From positions 3,584,001-3,648,000 of the forward strand of contig CBDDFZ010000001.1 in assembly GCA_965227515.1 (NCBI GenBank): a stretch of DNA of 64,000 nucleotides. The letters are read 5' to 3'. Shown in pieces: positions 59,030 through 64,000 of the stretch. Below the pieces are notes generated by a model. That model had not been told where the DNA came from, made no database searches, and worked only from the letters and a program-made list of their open reading frames with translations. Source of the DNA: Alphaproteobacteria bacterium. Its GTDB lineage: Bacteria; Pseudomonadota; Alphaproteobacteria; CALKHQ01. Position 1 is the stretch's first letter. The number at the start of each line of letters is the position of its first letter. A program made the translations under genes and the position numbers.

Positions 59030-59860
59030 TTACTTCACCGCGCCGAAGGTCAGACCGCGGACCAATTGTTTCTGGCTGAACCAGCCCAGGATCAGGATCG
59101 GCGCAATGGCCATGATGCTGGCGGCGCTGAGCTTGGCGTAGAACAGGCCTTCCGGACTGGAGTATTCGGCAATGAACTGCGTCAACGGCGCCGCATCGGA
59201 GGTCGTCAGGATCAGCGACCAGAATGCCTCGTTCCAGGCCAGGATGACGTTCAGCAGCAAGGTGGACGCGACACCCGGAACGGCCATCGGCAGCAAGACG
59301 TAGATCAGCTCCTGCCGCAGCATTGCGCCGTCCATCCGCGCGGCTTCGAGAATGGCCACCGGTATTTCGCGGAAGTAGGTGTAGAGCATCCAGATGATGA
59401 TCGGCAGGTTGATCAGCGTCAGCACGATCACCAGCCCGATCCGCGTGTCGAGCAGGCCCAGGTCCCGGAACAGCAGATAGATCGGGATCAGGACGCCGAC
59501 CGGCGGCAGCATCTTGGTGGACAGCATCCACATCAACACGTCCTTGGTCCGCCGGCCCGGCACGAACGCCATCGACCAGGCGGCCGGAATGGCGATGAGC
59601 AGCCCCAGCAGCGTGGAACCGAAGGCAATGATGACCGAGTTCACGAAGCGGCTGAAATAGTCAGAGCGCTCCTGCACCGTTGAGAAGTTTTCCAGCGTCA
59701 GCGGCGCGGTGATGACCTCGATGGGATCCTTGACTGCGTCGATCTCCGATTTGAACGACAGCAGGATGATCCAGATGATCGGGAAGAACATCAGCAGGCT
59801 GATCGTCCAGCCAATGATGGTGTTGATCAGCTTGCGACTGTTGGAGACTCTGCGGGCCAT
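59030..59860 (-). CDS. smoG: Polyol ABC permease
   Basis: [34 protein letters not shown]. Confidence 0.88.
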   Translation of the reverse strand: MARRVSNSRKLINTIIGWTISLLMFFPIIWIILLSFKSEIDAVKDPIEVITAPLTLENFSTVQERSDYFSRFVNSVIIAFGSTLLGLLIAIPAAWSMAFVPGRRTKDVLMWMLSTKMLPPVGVLIPIYLLFRDLGLLDTRIGLVIVLTLINLPIIIWMLYTYFREIPVAILEAARMDGAMLRQELIYVLLPMAVPGVASTLLLNVILAWNEAFWSLILTTSDAAPLTQFIAEYSSPEGLFYAKLSAASIMAIAPILILGWFSQKQLVRGLTFGAVK

Positions 59861-59875
59861 GGCGACAGGCTCCCC

Positions 59876-60748
59876 TCACGTATCCAGGTTCTTGCCGATC
59901 ATCCGCATCAGGAAGATGGCAACGATGTTTGCGAGGATGATGGCGAGCACGCCGCCGGCCGATGCCAGACCGACATCGTTCTGCAGCTGCGATGTCCGGT
60001 AGATCAAGTACGTCAGCGTGGTAGAGGCGTCGCCGGGGCCGCCATTGGTCGTGATCTTGATCTCGGCGAAGGTCGACAGGAAGAAGATCGTCTGGATCAG
60101 GATGACCACGGTGATCGCGCGCGCCAGATGCGGCAGCATGATGAACCAGAAGCGGCTGGGCCACTTGGCGCCGTCCATCTCGGCCGCCTCGAGCTGCTCG
60201 GAGTCAAGCGACTGAAGCGCGGTCAGGATGATGAGGGTCGAGAATGGTAACCATTGCCACGCCACGATCCATATGATCGACGTGAGTGGCGATTGGCCGA
60301 AGAAGTCGTAGGGCTCCATCCCAAGCCCCGCCGCCAGATGTCCGAAGATCCCGCTCTGGGGATGGAAGAACATGTTCTTCCAGACCAATGCCGAAACCGT
60401 CGGCATCACGAAGAACGGCGAGATCATCAGGATGCGGACCCAACCGCGGCCCCACATCGGCAGGTCGAGCAATATGGCGAACAGGATACCGAATACGACG
60501 GTGATCAGCAGGACACCGCCGACAAGCTTCAAAGTATTGAACAGGGCGTCGTTGAAGCTGGGATCGGTCAAAAACCAATAGTAGTTGTCCCAGCCCGTCC
60601 AGCTCATCGGGGACGGCGACGTCAGTACATAGCGCTGGAACGAAAAGTAGAGCGTGAAACCAAGCGGTACGAGCATCCACCCCAGTAGCAGGAGCACTGA
60701 AGGCGAGATCATCAAACGCGCAGCGGCACGGGAGTGCTGGGTAGCCAC
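59876..60748 (-). CDS. smoF: Polyol ABC permease
   Basis: ATQHSR..ARLM, PFFVMPTVSALVWKN, WQWLPF, EAAEMDGA. Confidence 0.87.
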   Translation of the reverse strand: MATQHSRAAARLMISPSVLLLLGWMLVPLGFTLYFSFQRYVLTSPSPMSWTGWDNYYWFLTDPSFNDALFNTLKLVGGVLLITVVFGILFAILLDLPMWGRGWVRILMISPFFVMPTVSALVWKNMFFHPQSGIFGHLAAGLGMEPYDFFGQSPLTSIIWIVAWQWLPFSTLIILTALQSLDSEQLEAAEMDGAKWPSRFWFIMLPHLARAITVVILIQTIFFLSTFAEIKITTNGGPGDASTTLTYLIYRTSQLQNDVGLASAGGVLAIILANIVAIFLMRMIGKNLDT

Positions 60749-60771
60749 GGCTGGCCTCACACGTGTCTGGG

Positions 60772-60797
60772 GCGGGGTGCGCGGACGCGCACCCCGC
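60772..60797. terminator. Intercistronic hairpin after the SBP gene (mRNA stabiliser or attenuator)
   Basis: gcggggtgcgc-ggac-gcgcaccccgc. Confidence 0.6.
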
Positions 60798-60814
60798 TTT
60801 GGAACAGGAGGGTA

Positions 60815-62128
60815 TTAGTCGATGTAGCCCGCGCGGCTCATCTCGCGCTCAGCAAAGGTCTGCGAGTTGGCGAGCGCCTCCTCGACAGTCTGCTGACCGG
60901 CCAAGGCCGCGGCAATCTGCTGACCGACATAGTTGCCGATGCCCTGGAACTCGGGGATCGCTACGAACTGGACGCCCGTGTAGGGCACCGGCTCGGCGGT
61001 CGGGTTCGAGGGGTCAGCGGCCAGGATCGAGTTCAGCACGGTCAGCGCGAACGGCGCGGCCTCGAGATAGTTCTCGTTCTCGTAGGTCGACTCGCGCGTG
61101 CCCGGAGGTGCTGAAATCCAGCTCACCTCTTCACCGACGGTCTCCACATAGGCCTGGCTGGTCGACCACGCCAGGAACTCCTTGGCCGCATCGACGTTCT
61201 GCGAGCTGGTCGGGATCGCCAGCGCCCAGGCCCAGAACCAGCCGGTGCCACGATCGGTGACCTGCTTCGGCGCCTGGAAGAAGCCGGTCACGTCGGCAAC
61301 CGTGCTCTCCTCGGGATTGTAGATGTAGCCGGCGGCCGACGTCGCATCGACCCAGGTGGCGCACTTGCCATCGGCGAACAGCGCACGGTTTTCGTTGTGG
61401 CCGTTGCTGGATGCCCCGGGCGGGCCATACGCATGCATCAGCTCAACGTAGTAGTTGACGGCATTGTGCCACTCTTCGGAATCCAACTGCGGCTGCCAGT
61501 CCATGTCGAACCAACGGCCACCGAAGGCATTCACCAGCGGGCCGACGAACGCCATGTTCTCGCCCCAGCCCGCCTTGCCGCGCTGGCAGGTGCCGAACAC
61601 GCCGTTGTCCGGGTCGTGGACCTGGGCCACAATCTCCGCGAACTCGTCGTAGGTGATCTGCTCGGTCGGCGCTTCGATGCCAGCCGCCTCGAAGATGTCG
61701 GTGCGGTAGAACGTGAACGAGCTCTCGGCATAGAACGGCACGGCATAGAGGGTGCCATTGGCCGACAGGCCATTGCGCACCGGCTCGAAGATGTCGTCGT
61801 AGTTGTAGTCATCGCCCAGATCGTCCAGACCGACGAGCCACCCCAGGTCGCCCCAGATCGGTGTCTCGTAAGCACCGATGGTGATGATGTCGAACGATCC
61901 GGATCCAGTCGCGATGTCCGTCGTCACGCGTTCGCGCAAGACGTTTTCTTCCAAGATCACCCAGTTGATGGAGTGGCCGGTGGCCTCCTCCCAGATCGGC
62001 GACAACTGCTGCATGATGATCATGTCGGAGTTGTTCACCGTCGCGATGGTGATTTCGTCAGCCTGAGCGGCGACGGCCGAGGCGGCAACCAACGCGGAAG
62101 CGGCGATCAGTGCGGATTTCAGTCTCAC
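60815..62128 (-). CDS. smoE: Sorbitol/mannitol ABC substrate-binding protein
   Basis: GTG start after GAGG; TIATVNN.DM, LEENVLR..VTTDIAT, RGKAGWGENMA, PYTGVQFVAIPEFQ. Confidence 0.9.
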   Translation of the reverse strand: MRLKSALIAASALVAASAVAAQADEITIATVNNSDMIIMQQLSPIWEEATGHSINWVILEENVLRERVTTDIATGSGSFDIITIGAYETPIWGDLGWLVGLDDLGDDYNYDDIFEPVRNGLSANGTLYAVPFYAESSFTFYRTDIFEAAGIEAPTEQITYDEFAEIVAQVHDPDNGVFGTCQRGKAGWGENMAFVGPLVNAFGGRWFDMDWQPQLDSEEWHNAVNYYVELMHAYGPPGASSNGHNENRALFADGKCATWVDATSAAGYIYNPEESTVADVTGFFQAPKQVTDRGTGWFWAWALAIPTSSQNVDAAKEFLAWSTSQAYVETVGEEVSWISAPPGTRESTYENENYLEAAPFALTVLNSILAADPSNPTAEPVPYTGVQFVAIPEFQGIGNYVGQQIAAALAGQQTVEEALANSQTFAEREMSRAGYID

Positions 62129-62204
62129 TACTCGATCCTCCCATGGAAACTTTTTGTTAACTAATCCGCACGGTACGAGATGTCGCACCCATCGTCAAGA
62201 ATTT

Positions 62205-62218
62205 TTGACGCGCGTCAA
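62205..62218. promoter_or_regulatory. Putative LacI operator upstream of smoE
   Basis: Perfect palindrome TTGACGCGCGTCAA in AT-rich context; near-copy at 63338-51. Confidence 0.7.
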
Positions 62219-62243
62219 TTTTTTGAAGCGACCACAGCGGTGT

Positions 62244-63275
62244 TCAGGCGGATTGTCGCTTGACCAGTTTGCCGTCGAACAGGGTGGTGATCTTCCCGTC
62301 CCCTGACACACCGCTGTCGATGATGGCCAAGATTTCGCGCACGGCGGTCTTCGAGATCGCGGCGAAGTTCTGCGCCACTGTCGTCAGCGACGGGCACGTG
62401 AACCTTGAATACGGATGGTCGTCGTGCCCGGCGATGCGGATGGCGCACCCCTGCCCCTTGCCGACCCGCAACCCCTTCTCATAAGCCGCGGCGAGGAAAC
62501 CGATCGCCAAGCGATCGTTGCTGCACAACACGGTGTCGGTGGGCAGCGCACGAGATTCGATGAAGCGCATACCCTCGCGGTAGCCGATCTCCTCGAAACC
62601 CCAACCTGCCCCTTCGGCACTGAGCACCATCGGCTCGTGGCCCAGGACGCGCATCTGCGCATCATAGGCCGCACGCAGCTTGTTGGCGTTGGGGTTCGGT
62701 GCGTCCACCATCTCGAAGAACGCCGGTGGTTCGCCGGTCCGGCACAGATAGTCCACGATCAGGTCCGTGCACTGGCGCTTGTGCGAGCCGACGAACACGT
62801 CGCCGACACCGTCGATGTCGCAATCAAACAGCACCGTCGGCACATCTTTGCAGAACGCTTCGACCTCGCGGTGGTCGGACCGCCTGCCCAGTGGCCCGAG
62901 CAGCACCCCGGCGGGCTTGATGGATCGAAGACTGTCCAGGTTCTCGATCTCATGCGCGGTTTCGCCATGGGAACTGAACAGGATCGGCCTGAAACCGGCG
63001 GCCGAGCACAGAGGCTCGAGATTACGCGCGATCTCGGCAAAGAACGGGTCGGCCAAATACGGCACGACGATTCCGATGTTCCTGGTCGACTGCCGGTTTT
63101 GATTAATCGCGTAGATATTCGGCGTGTATTCATACTGCTCGAGCGCGGCCTCGATACGGTCACGAGTCCGGGGCCGTACGCTGGACGGGTCGTTGAAGTA
63201 CTTCGACAGTGTCGGCCGCGATATGCCGCTGACCGAGGCGAAGTCCTCCATCGTCCGGATCTTCTCGAGCTTCAT
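62244..63275 (-). CDS. LacI family transcriptional regulator
   Basis: TMEDFASVSGISRPTLSKYFN, Y.PN.YA, NDRLAIG, GHDD, PSLTTV. Confidence 0.93.
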   Translation of the reverse strand: MKLEKIRTMEDFASVSGISRPTLSKYFNDPSSVRPRTRDRIEAALEQYEYTPNIYAINQNRQSTRNIGIVVPYLADPFFAEIARNLEPLCSAAGFRPILFSSHGETAHEIENLDSLRSIKPAGVLLGPLGRRSDHREVEAFCKDVPTVLFDCDIDGVGDVFVGSHKRQCTDLIVDYLCRTGEPPAFFEMVDAPNPNANKLRAAYDAQMRVLGHEPMVLSAEGAGWGFEEIGYREGMRFIESRALPTDTVLCSNDRLAIGFLAAAYEKGLRVGKGQGCAIRIAGHDDHPYSRFTCPSLTTVAQNFAAISKTAVREILAIIDSGVSGDGKITTLFDGKLVKRQSA

Positions 63276-63337
63276 TTTCCCAATGCTCTCACAACCGCCA
63301 ATTCGTCATCCGTAGGACTGCCATGCTGCGGTGGAAT

Positions 63338-63351
63338 TTTACGCGCGTCAA
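63338..63351. promoter_or_regulatory. Putative LacI autoregulatory operator
   Basis: TTTACGCGCGTCAA, one mismatch to the 62205 palindrome, upstream of the lacI-type gene. Confidence 0.65.
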
Positions 63352-63574
63352 AACATGACGGTAGATTCTCGGCGCCAGTTCCGTCAAGCCCACGACGCCA
63401 ATCGGCATTGTCGCGCGCGTGGCCGCAACGATCCAGAACCTGCCAATTCCGTGCCACCACTGCTGGCTCCCTTCTTGCGTGACAGCATCGACCCCGCCGG
63501 TGTCTTGCCGCTACAATCGTCCTGCCCATACGGCCCGCGCGCCCATGGAACACATTCGGAGATGGAGCCGAACA

Positions 63575-64000
63575 ATGAGTGGTCTGGATACCGAAACCCT
63601 GGATCGCCTGCTGCAGCAGGCGTTCGACGAGGCCTCGAAGCTCTATGCCGAGCGCGGGTTCCAGCGGCGGGTCGGTTTCGGCACGCGCCCGGCGCTGGTC
63701 AGCGTCGACCTCGCCAATGCCTGGACGCGGCCCGGCAACCCGTTCACCTGCGACCAGGACAAGATGGACAACGAGATCATTCCCGGCATGCAGCGCCTGC
63801 TGGCGGCGTGCCGCGCCAATGGTCATCCGGTCGTCCACGTGACCACGGCCTACGAGATCACCGACCGCAACGCACCGTTCACCGACATGGGCCTGTGGCA
63901 CTGCAAGATCCCGGTGGAGGCGGTGAACGTCACCGACACCGAGCTTTGGGCCATCGACAGCCGGATTGCGCCGGTCGACGGCGAGTACACGCTGATGAAG
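63575..64000 (+). CDS. N-carbamoylsarcosine amidase (isochorismatase family); truncated by the window end
   Basis: Manual translation MSGLDTETLDRLLQQAFDEASKLYAERGFQRRVGFGTRPALVSVDLANAWTRPGNPFTC...DMGLWHCKIP...IDSRIAP, closely recalling Arthrobacter CSHase; absent from the ORF track. Confidence 0.8.
   Translation, partial: MSGLDTETLDRLLQQAFDEASKLYAERGFQRRVGFGTRPALVSVDLANAWTRPGNPFTCDQDKMDNEIIPGMQRLLAACRANGHPVVHVTTAYEITDRNAPFTDMGLWHCKIPVEAVNVTDTELWAIDSRIAPVDGEYTLMK

Noticed and set aside
63441-63456. Minus-strand TGGCACGGAATTGGCA as a sigma54 promoter
   Set aside because: The -12 element is TGGC rather than TTGC, and it points at a LacI gene with no activator nearby; too weak to call

Overview
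GC-rich, gene-dense window, probably from an alphaproteobacterium (inferred from the smoEFGK-mtlK cluster, TRAP/ABC content and repeat types). The ordinary content is a polyamine-type ABC transporter, glgB-glgX-treZ-treY, a TRAP transporter with GntR, a CoA-transferase/enoyl-CoA hydratase catabolic operon and a sorbitol/mannitol cluster. The best candidate for an undescribed system is a 9-kb minus-strand operon (41572 to 32505). It joins a toluene/isoprene-type soluble di-iron monooxygenase (alpha, gamma, Rieske, effector, beta; no reductase) to a single-chain triple-Rid protein, a CE4/PuuE-like hydrolase, HypB, HypA and a heteromeric Ni-ureohydrolase pair resembling metformin/dimethylguanidine hydrolase (MfmAB). 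A divergent Lrp/AsnC regulator sits upstream, and the intergenic region carries a CACGAA-W-TTCGTG motif phased every ~31-32 bp. Nearby are a GS-family amine ligase, hydantoinase A/B, a DMFase-like enzyme and N-carbamoylsarcosine amidase, which together suggest catabolism of a methylated or cyclic guanidine. A second oddity is two tandem Tat-exported protein-L-isoaspartate methyltransferases next to a large membrane protein with a spermidine-synthase-like domain. All family assignments come from motif reading and recall; no searches were run.
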